Positions 1-12,738 of a DNA stretch of 64,000 bases are shown piece after piece. Below the pieces are notes generated by a model. It saw only the letters and a program-made list of their open reading frames with translations. It ran no database searches and was not told the DNA's origin. Origin of the DNA: Camelus dromedarius (lineage: Eukaryota); contig NC_087437.1 in NCBI RefSeq assembly GCF_036321535.1, positions 16,866,001 to 16,930,000 of the forward strand, written 5' to 3'. The first letter of the stretch is position 1, and every line of letters starts with the position of its first letter. The translations under genes were made by a program, and so were the position numbers.

Positions 1-1087
1 TAATTTTTTCTGATCATTTAAGTAAGAAATGTGATGAAATATTTTAAAAATTACTTAATCAGCATATATCAAAGATTATAATATAAAGTTCATTTTTATA
101 AAGCATACAAAGACAAATTTTAACTGCACACTAATAAGGGCTACAGTTTAAGTTATGTAAGAAAATGCATTTTGGTATTGTATCTATTTTTAAATGACAT
201 CTTGTTTGTAAAATCGTGAATATTAAAAACAAGGTACAATTGAATATATTATGTAAGGACAAAACTAAATGTGACTTAGTATTTGGAATTCTTCTATCTT
301 TTACTGAAAAAAATTTAAACATTTTTGTGTTTTGTTACTAAATGATAAACTAAGGGTGGCTTTAGATTAGAATTTGCAAATACTTCAAATAACACACAGC
401 AAGTGTAGTCTTTATTTTCTAGAAATATAAGGCCATACTCCACTTTATTTTCTCTTTTTAACACTGCCAATACCTTATTGCTATACAGGATATTAATAGA
501 ACACAGACAACTTACAGAGAGAGATAATAATAATCACGAATCAAATAAATTTTGAATCAATTACTGGTTTTTATGCTCCTTATTACCTAGCATTTCAATA
601 GCGACTTGATTTTCTTAACATTTCTTGTCCCTAACCAATGATCCATTGAATGGACATAGGAAGAACTGAAAGAACAAACTGAAACAATATGACTAAGTGT
701 CAAGAAAATACATCACTAAATATTAAAACAATTTAAAACCCTCACTGGCAGATTTGGCAGAATGAATTAATTTGGAACACTATTTGGTCCAATATTCATT
801 TGATATCTCACATCGCCTCATTTTAAAGGAAGAAAAATTGTTAAATTATTTTTTAAATAATGCAAACCTTTACTGCATAAACACTTTGGAACACCTTCTT
901 GAATTAGATTCACTAACACTGATTTGGAGAAATTGTTCTATAAGTCTACAGTGGTGAGCTCCACTGATGTGTTAATAACCCACTCCAGCTCAATGCCGTA
1001 AGATCAAAACCTGACATGAAAACACTGAAGGCATCTTTCAATGCTCCCACAGCTTTTAAGAACAAATCTAAGTTCTTTAGTTGTTAT

Positions 1088-1248
1088 AGCACTGCCCATT
1101 AGAACTTTTATGCAATGATGGAGATGTTTTATGTCTGCAATGTCCAATAAGATAGCTATTACCCTTAAGATGTAGTTCAGTAAAACTAATGAACTGTATT
1201 TATAATTGTCACTACAGCTAGTGGCTGCTGTATAGGACGACAGCATAG
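1088..1248. mobile_element. hAT-Charlie MITE, MER3-like
   Basis: tagcactgcccattagaacttt... and ...ctagtggctgctgtataggac termini resemble MER3/MER33. Confidence 0.6.
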
Positions 1249-1279
1249 GTTTAGAATTTAATCTGATTCTCCTTCCAGA

Positions 1280-2200
1280 CAAAAATGGAATAATCAAACA
1301 ACAAAAACTGGACAATAGTTTTCTGATATACTAGGCAACAGACACCACAGAACAGTGATCCCTCAGTGGAGGAACAAACAAGCTAAGCCCTATAACTGCC
1401 CGTTAACTGCCTGGAGATTAATTTTCAGGCCATAGCACAAGGGAGAACCAAGACAAAGTCCAGTGGCTCCCTGGGAAGCCAGGACAGCTGGACTTCTCAG
1501 GGCAGAGTACTGGTGATGAGAGAGCTACACAGAGAAAGAACACCGTTATTTATATAAGGTCCTTTTCAAATCTTCAGCTGAGTACTGACTGATTAGCACA
1601 TATATATAAGGAATTACCCCAGGATAGAGAAAGAACCCCCACAAAGAAGAAAAAAGAACAATCCCTGTAACTCAGGGGCAGCAGAACAATTTCTATTCCC
1701 ACCACCTAGAGTGAGAGTACTCACATTTCATGAGGCATCAGATAGAGTAGTCAAAAGGTTCTTGCCTCAGTAGTGCAAAAAAATTCACCCTTAAAGGCTG
1801 TACTGGTCCCACCTAACAGAAGCTTAAAAAGGAGCCTCAAAAGGATCAAACTATCTTCAAGTAACAATCTCATCCCAAACGCAAAACTCAAGAATATTCA
1901 TAGGACAAAAATACCCACACACAAGGTAAAATTTTACCAACAAGGCACAATTCACAGTATCTGGCATCCAATCAAAATTAACTAGGTATGCAAAAAAGCA
2001 GGAAAATATGACCCATGAAGTGCAGAAAAACCAAACAGCAACAAAACTAGAAATGAAAGATGACAGAATTAGAGCAGAACATTAAAAATTAACATTATAT
2101 AACTGTTATATTATATATTATAATTTTTATGTTCAAAATTGTTCCATGCACCTAAAAACAGAACTTCAAAGGACATGAAGCAAAAAAGTGATAAAACTCC
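1280..2200 (+). mobile_element. Old L1M 5'/ORF1-region remnant
   Basis: taactgcctggag, ttcagctgagtactga, aagcaggaaaatatgacccat segments typical of ancient L1M 5' ends; A-rich plus strand. Confidence 0.55.
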
Positions 2201-4035
2201 AAAGAGAAATTAATTTGTCCAAGTCATCAAGGCAGATAATCCCATCTGACCACATCTAAACTACTGTGGACATGGACACAAAGTCCACATTTTTTTTTAA
2301 GTCCACACTTTTAAGAAGAAACTGAAACCAGGATGCTTCCAGGACAGGTAACTTAAAGATACTTACCTTCTCAGGAAAGACATGAAATTTTTATCAAAGG
2401 CTTTCTGAATTGTTCCAGAGGACAAGGAAAAAAAAAATCAGCGAGAAACCATTACAGAGAAGGTAACTTGGGCAAAATGTAACCAAGAATTTTCTAAAAA
2501 GAAAGCTTTTTAGAAAAAGTTGTCCAGCAATGATGTGGCTATTGTGCAGAGTAAAATTTAGCACTCTACTCCAGAGGTATTCAGGAAAAGGCTTGGATGA
2601 ACTTTCAAGAATATTACAGAAACGATTATTTGATGTGAAGAAACAGCTATATGATTTACAGTTCTTTCTCCCTAAAGCTTTATAAATTCTCATCATGAAG
2701 AATAACCTAGTAATATCTTCCTTGTAAAACCTATATAAAAACTGAGCTGGCAAGCTCAATGATACCATAAATGGGATCCCTGAGACAGGCCACAGCTTCT
2801 GGTAGATAGAATATGACAGTCATAGCCTATGCCGTATTCTGAGTAAGTTCAGTCACAGGCTGGACAACCAACTGATTAACTGAGGAGAGGATTCAGAAAT
2901 CCATCACAAGGATGCCTGACCTGGAATGCTCCCTTCTAATCCTAGAATCCCGTATTACATATGGCCAGAGTCCCAAATTTCAGAATATCAGGCAGAGATT
3001 TAAATTTCAAGGGAATGATATTTAGCAAGACTGGTAGGAGGTAAAAGCCCTTATTAGGTTATACACTGGACGGCACACCTACACTCAAGTTAGGTCTTTC
3101 ATTGCTGCCTAATTTTAAAACTGCCAGAAAACATAAGTTATTTCCAAATTGGAGTCCAGACAAGACTTTAAGTGCATATTTTCTGTGGGTTGTACAGTAA
3201 AAAAGGACAAATGCTAACTGACAGACAAACTAAAGTCAACACACACAAAATACACTGGCTGTAAAATTAGATAAAAAGTTTGAGAAAGCCAGATACCCCA
3301 AATCTGCAGATTCAAGAAGGTTCCTGAGCAGAAAGGCAATGAAAGAAAGTAATTCTGCTGAAATATTACAGCATCAGAGCAAGAAAAAGATAAGGAAAAT
3401 GGCCAGATGTACAGTAATTAAGGTGAAAAAATTACCTAAATTAATTTTGACATGGGAACAACAACAACAAAAAACTTCGAGAGGGAAAAGATAGAATAAA
3501 AGAAACTCGGTAAGAAAAGTTAAAGGTGAAGGACACGGAAAGACATAAGAAATTAGAATAAAGATTCTGAAATATCACCTTTTATTTAAGACAAGATACC
3601 TCTTTTGCTCCCTCATCTACAGAGACGGCCTGCACTCTATGGAATGTGTATCTACTTTTACTTTAACCTGAGCACCCAACCCCTACACCTCATGGCCTTT
3701 TCCTAGCCTTCTAAAACAGCCTACACTCTATGCAGTATGTATCTCTCTAAATAAATCTACATTTACTCAAGAAAAAAAAGATAAAATATTAAAAGTAAAC
3801 CAGAACTCACAAAACAAATTTAAATGAATAATATATAAAAGTAGCCAAGGGGACTCCAAGGGACATGTCAACGGAGAGAATTAATGATGGCATGCTACTA
3901 ATGCAATGCTGGCTCTGACGTGCATGCATGAAAACAAGAAGTGCAAAGAAAGGATGTTCAAATTAATTTGAGAGAAGGAAAATGACAACCCCAATACTCA
4001 GAAGATATGTTGTTTGTTTTACTATATCAAACAAT

Positions 4036-4163
4036 GGGGGGAGGGTATAACTTAGTGGTAGAGTGCATGCTGAGCATGCATGAGGTCCTGTGTACCTCCA
4101 TTATAAATAAGTAATAAATAAACCTAATTACCTACCCCTCAAAAAAAAAACCTAAAAAAAAAA
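4036..4163 (+). mobile_element. tRNA-Ala-derived SINE (Vic-1-like), B-box deleted
   Basis: ggggagggtataacttagtggtagagtgcatgctgagcatgcatgaggtcctg...aataaacctaattacc plus A tail. Confidence 0.85.
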
Positions 4164-6087
4164 GTATTACATAATACTGTATTGAATAGTGTATTTTAAA
4201 ATCAAAGTTTTTCCATGGAAGAGCATAAAGCTAAAATTTTTGGATTTTTAGCCTTTCCTAAACATATTTCTAATGTTTTCTCACTAACCCCAACTCCCAG
4301 GCATCATACAAATTATTCATCACTGTTTCATCCTTCTCTTCATTCTCCTCAGGCCCACACCTGTTCCCCTCTAATTCCTATCTTAACTGCAACCTCTCCC
4401 AAAATCCAATATCAAATTGTTAAATTCCTAAGAATATTTTAACTGGGCTGACCTCATGTTATTTCAAACCAGCCTATCTAACCTCTTCATATCCCTCTGA
4501 AATCAGCATCCTTACTGACTTCACTTTTGATATGAACTGATTTACCTTTTGACTTTGTCAATTTTTCCAATGTAAGTGTATTAAAATAAAATGCCAGGCT
4601 TTATCAATTTTTCAATACAATTCAGTATTTTTTATCAAGTATATACTATGTGAAAGCACTAGACAGGCTTATAAACTTAAAGGTAGGAAATATCTCAATC
4701 TATTCACAGTGAAATATGCCTAACCATAACGTATTATACAGTATATATCAAAAAATTAAAACATTACGACCACCACAAGGAGGACAAAATTTTCCCTTCG
4801 CGTTATTTTACATCGTTTCCTTTTCACTCTCACCACCATTCAGCCATCTATAATATGGACACATCTGTTACCCTTCCTAATTTAGGTTTTACCTTACTCC
4901 AATAATCAATCCCATACTGCATTCCCAAATTAATCTTTCCTAAAACAGAATTTCAATCACACTCTCCTACTTAAAATATTTCTCAAACACAACAGTGATC
5001 TGCAAATTCCCCTCCCCATATCATGACAGAGGATTAAAATGCAGATAACAAGGCCCTTCCCACAGAGATTCCTTAGCATAGCATCAAGGCGCCGCACACA
5101 AAAGTCCCCTGAGTTACCACTACAGGGCATGGAAGGACCCTCCTACAAGGACTCTCTTCATTACAGATAAACTGGATTTTCTACAGCCTAGATAAGCCAA
5201 GTGTTCTCTCCCTCAAGCCTTGCTGAAAATGTCCACTAATTTCACCATTCTTCTTGGCCCAGCTCAAGCCCCACACTTCCTTGATCTCACAAGATAGGAA
5301 CAATTTCTTCTGCCTAATTCTACAGTACCATATAGTTTGCCCTGGACCATTATTTAAACTGGTATTATTAATCTTTCAGCTGGTTTTATCACATGACAAA
5401 GGACTGTAAATCAAACCTCTCTCAGTATCCAGAACAATGCATAAAGGGAGTCCTTTCCCTAAGGCAATTTCACTGTACATAAGCATACCCAAATAGTAAC
5501 TAATATTTTAGAACTAATTTTTAGAATACTAAAAGAGGAACTGTAAAAAAGATTTTTATTAGGAAAAGAAATCAGTTAAAAAAAAATACCTGAAACAAAA
5601 GAAGTATAAAACAAGTTACTAAGTACTGTTCTCCCTTACCAGCCTATTAGATAAATGCTTCCTAAAGAATTCTTTCCAGATCAGAGACAACAGTTAAGCG
5701 CCAAGAAAAAACTGGTAAACCAAACTCTGCTTTAACCTCATTGAGGGTTTCCCGAAGTTTGACTCAAACAGCTATTCAAAAACAAGTGACTTGGAGGGAA
5801 AAACTCATTTACTGTTAATTTCCAAAATTTTTACATGTGCGATAAAGTTAACTTATGAGTATTATATTACGATGCTTGAGATCTGGTATAACATGAGTGC
5901 CTCTAACACAGCACTTACCCAATAATTGCTGATTTACTTATCTGTCTTCCTCATAACACTGAGCAATACATAGGTAGGGGCCGTGTGTCTTAATTCATCT
6001 TTTTATTCCAGCACTGAGAACATCATAGGTAACTAATAAAGATGTTATGAGCAAAATAAAAGATTTTTCAAGATTAAAAATGATTAA

Positions 6088-6915
6088 GTGCTTCTCCAAA
6101 GATGATATACAATAGCCAGTAAGCATATGCAAAGATCACCAACATCACTAATCATTAAAAAAAAATAGAAATCAAAACCACCATGAGATATCACCACCCA
6201 CCCACTAGAATGGCTACTATCAAAAAAAAAAAAAAAAAAAAAAAAAAACCCAGGAAACACGATGTTGGCAGAGATATGGAGAAACTGACTGGAACCCTTG
6301 TTCTGCTGGTGGGATTGTAAAATGGTGCAACTGCTATGGAAAACTGTATGAAGTTCCTCAAAAAATTAAAAATAGAAATATCACACCATCCAGTAATCCT
6401 ACCTCTAGGTGTATATCCAAAACAACTGAAAGCGTTGTTTACACACCCATGTTCTATTCACTACTCACAACATCCAAGAGGTGAGAGCAACTCAAATGTC
6501 CAACGCTGGATGAATGGATAAATTAAGCATGGTATACACACACAAGAGAATATTACTCAGCCTTAAATAGGAAATAAATCCTGTCTCATGCTACAGCATG
6601 GATGAACCATCAAGACATTATGCTAAGTGAAATAAGCCAGTCAACAAAAAGACAAGTACTGTACAATTCCACTTATATTAGGTACCTACAGTAATCAAAT
6701 TCGTAGAGACAGAAAGTAGAATGGTGGTTACAAGGGGGCTGGAGAGAAGGAGGAAAAGGGTAGATGGTTGTTGGGTATAGTTTCAGATATGCCAGATGAA
6801 AAAGTTCTGGAAACCTCTTTCAAAACAATGTAAATATACTTAACATTACTGAAATTTACACTTAAAATTGTTAAGATGGTAAACTTGACATTGTGTGCTT
6901 TCTACAGTGAAATTA
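6088..6915 (+). mobile_element. L1 (L1MA/MB-type) ORF2 3' end and 3' UTR
   Basis: aaaccaccatgagatatcac, ctgctatggaaaac, catggatgaacc...attatgctaagtgaaataagccagtc; ORF track fragment KKLKIEISHHPVILPLGVYPK. Confidence 0.9.
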
Positions 6916-9900
6916 AGTACAAGAAAAGTAAAATCTTAAGTATCAAATGAACTCATACTTGAGAAAAATATAAATATGAAGCATTAATATAATACATGTA
7001 CAATTTTCAAATGGCCTTTTAATTTACCCTCTATCTAAAAGATATGTTGTTTAAAGTAAGTTACTCCAGGCTGTATGTTCAAATTTCATCTTAGAAGATT
7101 CTTGCTATTTGTAAGTTGTTTGCTCAGTCAAAAACAAAGTATTTCTGCTAAAAGAATGAGAATTCCAGAACTGGAAGAGATTCTTGAGATCATCTACTCC
7201 ACTAATTCCAATGTGGGTCCACAAACAATGCCCAAATGAGAAAAATAAGAAAAATGAAGGTAGTCTTTCATAAAGCTACATCTATTTAATTTTAAGGCAT
7301 ATACTTCATTCTGAGAACATCATCTTTCTACTTTGAAACTTTCTCTTTTAATGGTAATTTCATCCATTCAACAATACTTGTCCGGTGCAGGGCTACAATG
7401 GTGAACAAGATAAGCAAGACTCTAGCCCTCAAGGAACCACCTAACTTGCAGTGGAAGATAGGAGTAAGAAAAGATAATAGGGTTTGGTTTTTTAAATCCT
7501 TAACATTCAAAACAAAAATGGTCAGCCTAAATCAGTGGGAAACACTAGTCTCCAGCCCTTTCCCATTTTATAAATAAGAAACTGGATATCCAAATGGTCC
7601 ACAACTATTCAGTAAAAGCCTAAACCACTTTGTTTCTAGAATCTAAAACACCAGGAAAATATTCATGTTCCTGAGTAGAGATTTGACCATGGTTAATTTA
7701 CAGGATTCCAAATATCTCAGAGAGTAATATTTTCCCACTTAACATGTCCTTCCAGTTCTAACAGGATTTGATTCTATAGCTCAAACTTGTTATATCCTTT
7801 GAGGACTTAACAAGTTTAATTAATGAAAAACCTACAATCCTGAGGGCAGAATTTATCAAGTCTCATGCCATCAAAAGAAAATTTATTCTACATACTCTCT
7901 AATAAATGATAAAGCAAGCCCAACATTGAAAACAAGGGGAAAGAACTGACACAAAAATAGTACCCAGAGTAATACTATCTTAGTCACTGTTGCCGTGGCC
8001 TAGAAAGTACAATAACTCTGTGGAGCATTGCTATCCTATTCACTAGAAACTTCAGAAAGTTTAAGAATACAAAGCAATTGAAAAACAAACAGTAATAATC
8101 AGCTAATTAACATTTCAAAGAACAATTATAACAAAACCTGTAGTTCCAGTGAATAATCTAGGTTTGACGATCTCTGACCTGACAATTCAATCTCTTCTCT
8201 CCCCTCCCCCTACCTTTCCCTATGTCTGTCAAGGGTGGGATATTAAGCACTTAGTATGTGCCAGACACCAAGCCCATAGACTTGTTCAAAAGGTTTTTTC
8301 ACACTTAAACTCACAAATAACACAAATAAACTTAAAGAAGGTGGAATCATCCCCTTATGTAAATGAAGTTGTGGCAAAAAGTTAGAGCAACTTGCCTAGA
8401 CAGTAAGGAGAAGAGTCAACATTTGTACCCAACTGTAAAATTTATAGACCTTTTACTTCCCTCCCACCTCCTCTCACTTTCTTCCTGAGTTCGTCATAAA
8501 CACATGCAAGTCACTGGACAGGAGAGGATGAGGTAGAAGAACACAAAAATGTACAAAAAAAATAGTATCTTCCCTAAGATATCAGAATTTGATATAAAAA
8601 GTGCACTGAAGTTATAAGCTCCTATGACAGAATTCTCTGAAGGAGGAGGGAGTTGATGAGTTAGACTATACAGAAAAGAAATATACTTTAGGTAGAAGGA
8701 ACTTCAGAGAGCAAAGGCAGAGGAAAAGAGGAGGAAGACAAAAGGCATGTATGTTTGGAAAAGACAAAAACATCAAACTGACTGAAGCTGAGAAATATAT
8801 TTAAGAGGGCAGTTGCATACAAAGCTGAAAAGGTAGGACTGGGTCAGACACTGGACAACCTGTTGAAACAAACTCCCTACTTACAGCACTAAGACAGAAT
8901 TACAGTGACATATTTATTATCCTCATAAAATAAGATTACATATATGATCTATTGATTTGAATGAGTTTGTGCTTTTAAACTAAGAAAAAAAGTCTAGGAC
9001 ACCATCTGATATAAAGATAAAAAATGCTGTATCTGTACTCAAGTAACTGATTTTTTTTTTTCCATCTCTTGAAAACCAGGCTTATGTCCAAATGAGATGA
9101 GGGGAAAAAACTGGACTTACATCCATACTGCTGAAATTTTTTGCCAGCTACTCAATTTTAAGGGAGAAGTAGAATCCACAATTCTTTTCCAAAGGATGGT
9201 GGGAGAAGGAAGCTTGAACAAGAAAAGATAATTACAAAGCCCTAACGTCAGAAAAATTACTTGTGTTGTCTGAATTTTTTTTTAATGCTACAGTTGGGTT
9301 TTCTAACTTTCTAGCTTTATCTTTAATACTATTTTTTTAAAATGTAGGTTAGAATCTGGGAAAATGTTCAATTAGACCACAACTGTCTTGAAGCTACTGA
9401 TAAGAACTTCAATTCCAAGCACCTACACTATTCAAAACTACCATTTCCTCTTTAGAGAGCGAAGTCCCATCCACCTAGTAAAAAGGAGACCTACCAGATC
9501 TTCAAGTGTTACTTGGATAATGACATCACTCTCTACTGCAATTCTAGCAGGCCAGGATCTACTGGCCAATGCCCTCTTTCTCCTACATCACTACAGTAGC
9601 AATTCCCACAACCCTCCTCAAAGAAAGGTTAGTGTAGAAGTAAGTTACAGCAGCTCTACCTAGTTCTACAAACTATCAAAAGCAACGAAGACATCAAAAA
9701 AAGTACTCCATAAAGGCGGGGGGGGGGGTGTTGGTGGGGGGAGAGTACACTGAAACTAAGCAAATTCTTACATTTAAATTTGTAAATTTAAAAAGAAAGG
9801 AAAACTTTGAATCTAGCCCAAAGCTCTCATTTTACACATTAGGAAACTGAGGCCCGGGGCATTTAAGTGATTTACCCAGGGCAACTGCTTCTCTATAAAG

Positions 9901-11084
9901 GTGTTAAGTGTCCGTTATCAGTCACAGTAGCACTTAATCACATTGTAAGTTATTTAAATGAAATTAAGTACCTGGTGTGCAAAGAAAAAAAAAAAACAAA
10001 AAAACAGGCTCTTCACCTCTTCCACACCCCCTCAATGCTTTGCCCCCAGCTATACAGAAAATGCAAAAGAATATTGTTTCTCCCTTCAGCCACTACAGTC
10101 TCAAAATTTCTCTAGTTTAAAATAAAGTGAAAGCCTGAAATGCAATTTCTCAAGGTTAGACCAATTAGCGGATCAACAAAACCAAAATTTTTGTTGAAAT
10201 AAGAATATGAAGTGGATTATTACTGCTTCGTATTTTGCCAGTTGCTCTTTCCCTTAAAGTTTTCAGTCGGTTTTTTGAAAAAATAATTATACATGCAGTT
10301 AATCACTGTGGCAATTATCGAAAGTTATCCTTTTTGAGACACTTTGATTAATCAGGCAATTCACATCTTCATCGCTCAAAAATAACTTGAAAGTATCCTG
10401 CCTAGCACAAAATAATGTTTTTTGAACAAAAACATCTAAAATAACCCTCTACCAGGCCGCCACATAGTAAAACCACAAAGAAATGTTATCCTGTAAAAAT
10501 CCTACCAACTAAAAAGCACTTAATACCATCAGTCTTTCCAGGCTCAGCGTTTACGGTCAAACTGTCAAAGCATGTGAAGAAGCCGGGGGGAAAAGTTCTG
10601 CACCGAGTTCACCGGCTGTGGGTGCATCAGATTATACCTCTTACCCACACAGCACGTTTAGGGAAATGCAAACACGCCACATGTACATGTTTTAACCAGG
10701 TTTAACCACGTTTAACCAAGGTCGGTATTAAGTCAGCCCCTGCATCGAAAGTTTTTAAAATGAAAAAAAAAAAAAAAAGCAGCAATATTCATGCATATTA
10801 CACCTCATTTTAAAAAAACCAACACCTGAACCGGTAAAGAACTGACGCAAGGCTAAATAACCGTTTTAAACATTGAGGCCGCTGTACAAGAGAGGTTTGG
10901 AAGGGTTCTGTCTTTCTAAAACGCCGGGCAAAAGTCCTTTGGCGAGTTTGAAAACAAATGTATACTACCACACAAATAACAAAAGCTCAATACAAACTCC
11001 CTGCAGTCAAATCGTTCCTGTTACCATTGCTCAGAGGCTTTTTTTAAACAAGTACTGAAAAGGGAACAATAAAAAGCGTCTCAC

Positions 11085-11226
11085 CGCAAACGCAGCACGA
11101 GAGGGACTGTCGGAAGTAAGGCAAGAGCCTGTTAATCTCTGTAAACGCCTTGGGGTCTCCGGGGTCGTAGTTGAGCACTAGGCGGCTCGCGGAAATGTAG
11201 AGAGCAGTAGCATTCACGGGGTTCAT
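11085..11226 (-). CDS. MSL2: MSL2 (MSL complex subunit 2, RING E3 ligase) first coding exon, 142 nt; the remaining CDS lies beyond the left window edge
   Basis: Translation MNPVNATALYISASRLVLNYDPGDPKAFTEINRLLPYFRQSLSCCVC(G) is the vertebrate MSL2 N-terminus leading into the RING C-x2-C. ATG context gcaATGa. Donor G|GTGAGA at 11084 (phase 1). Adjacent to PCCB as in other mammals. Confidence 0.96.
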
Positions 11227-12465
11227 TGCAGACACTTCGACACCGTTGGCTCCCGGTTGAAAAGAAATTCCGGATCCAACTTTGCAAGCAGCCAGGGAAC
11301 AATGGCGAATTTGCAACAATTCGGAGGAAATCAGAGCAGAACAACTGGCCGAAGTAGTAACCAAAATCCGTGCAAGTTTGCGGAGCTGAAGCAATCCTCC
11401 CACACATGGGGCCCTGGCGCCCCTCCTCCGTCCCTGAGACTTGCAGACCAAAAAAAGAAAGGAGAGAGAAAAACCAGCGTTCGAGTTTTGTCCCCGGCGA
11501 CTGCGGGACGCAGAACACGGCGGCTTCAGCGCTCGGGCCGGGACTCGGCGCTCAGTCTAGCCCCGCGGCTCGGCGGGCGGCCTGCGCTCGAGCTGCATCT
11601 CTGAACGCGGAGGCGCCTCCTCTGGTCGAGCCGAGCGGGCGCGGGAGCAGGCCCCGGCCCGGTCCGGTCCGAGGGGCGGGCACGCTTCTCACGGGCTGCA
11701 GGGCCCTCACTCCATCACAGCGCCCGGCGCGAAAGCAGCGGCGAAGGCAAGGACGACGGCGCGGGCGTCGGCGTCAGCTTCGGCTTCGGCTTCCTGGATC
11801 TAGTGCACCAAGCCGCGGTGGCGGCGAACGTGGCTGCTGCGGCTGGCGGAGGCCGCCGCCGCTCTCTCCATATCGGACGCGGGGCCCGGACGCGCCTGGC
11901 TCTCCGCCCTGGCGGTTACAGCCCGGCTGTTCCCTGAGGTGGCGAAGCGGGCAGGAGAGGCCCCCGCCCGATAGGGGAGGGTCCGGGAGGAAGTGCGCGG
12001 GCCGGCGGCGGGAGGGGGCGGGGAGCAGGCCCGGCCGGGCCGCCGCGGCGCCCCTCGCTCCTCAGTCGCTCACTCCGAGGTCACCAGGCGCAAGCACCGC
12101 CCCCTCACTGCCCGGCCATCTTCTCCGCGCCGCACACACCGACGCCTCTTCCACCAAGCACCACGGCCGCCGCCGCCTACGGCGCCCGCCGGGCCGCGGC
12201 TGAGACGAGCGCACACACCGCCAGGCCCCGCCGCCGCCCAGCGTACACAGCAAGGCCCCGCCGCAGGCCCCTCCCCCCGTGCCTCGCCGCCCTCACCCCT
12301 ACTCCACGCGCCACTCTAGCTCCGTGGGGCCCGGGCTGCTGCGGCCTTAATGGATCCCGCGGGCTGTGAGGCGCCTCAGGCCCTGCCGGCGACGACGACC
12401 GTTACCCCAACGGGCAAAGCCACTGTCATCCCCGAGACTCCCCCGCCGCCGTCGTCGCTAGTGCT

Positions 12466-12738
12466 CGCACGCATGCGCAGAGCACACTCTCACCCCCTCC
12501 CCCCGCCCTTTCCTTTCCCTTCGCTTCCCTTTTCCCCGGCTTCTCCTCTAAGAGCCCCCTCCACACCCTCAGAGCTACCGGCTCACTCGGCGCATGCGCA
12601 TCCACTACCCAGCTCCGCCGCCTTTCGCCCTTACGCGTGCGCTTTGACCGCCCACCCAGAAAACCGGATAAACACATCAGCCTTCTCAAGCCAGCCCCTC
12701 CCCGCTGCCAACCCACCCTGAGCTCAATGCGCATGCCT
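12466..12738. promoter_or_regulatory. Cluster of three NRF1-like motifs upstream of MSL2
   Basis: cgcatgcgca ~12470, gcgcatgcgca 12590-12600, tgcgcatgcc ~12728; these match or resemble the GCGCATGCGC consensus. Confidence 0.6.

Noticed and set aside
9714..9745. G-run cluster (possible G-quadruplex) in MSL2 intron 1
   Set aside because: Simple homopolymer tract on the template strand with no other support
1..11084. Search for MSL2 exon 2 within the window
   Set aside because: No long minus-strand ORF continuing the RING domain; the exon must lie beyond the left edge
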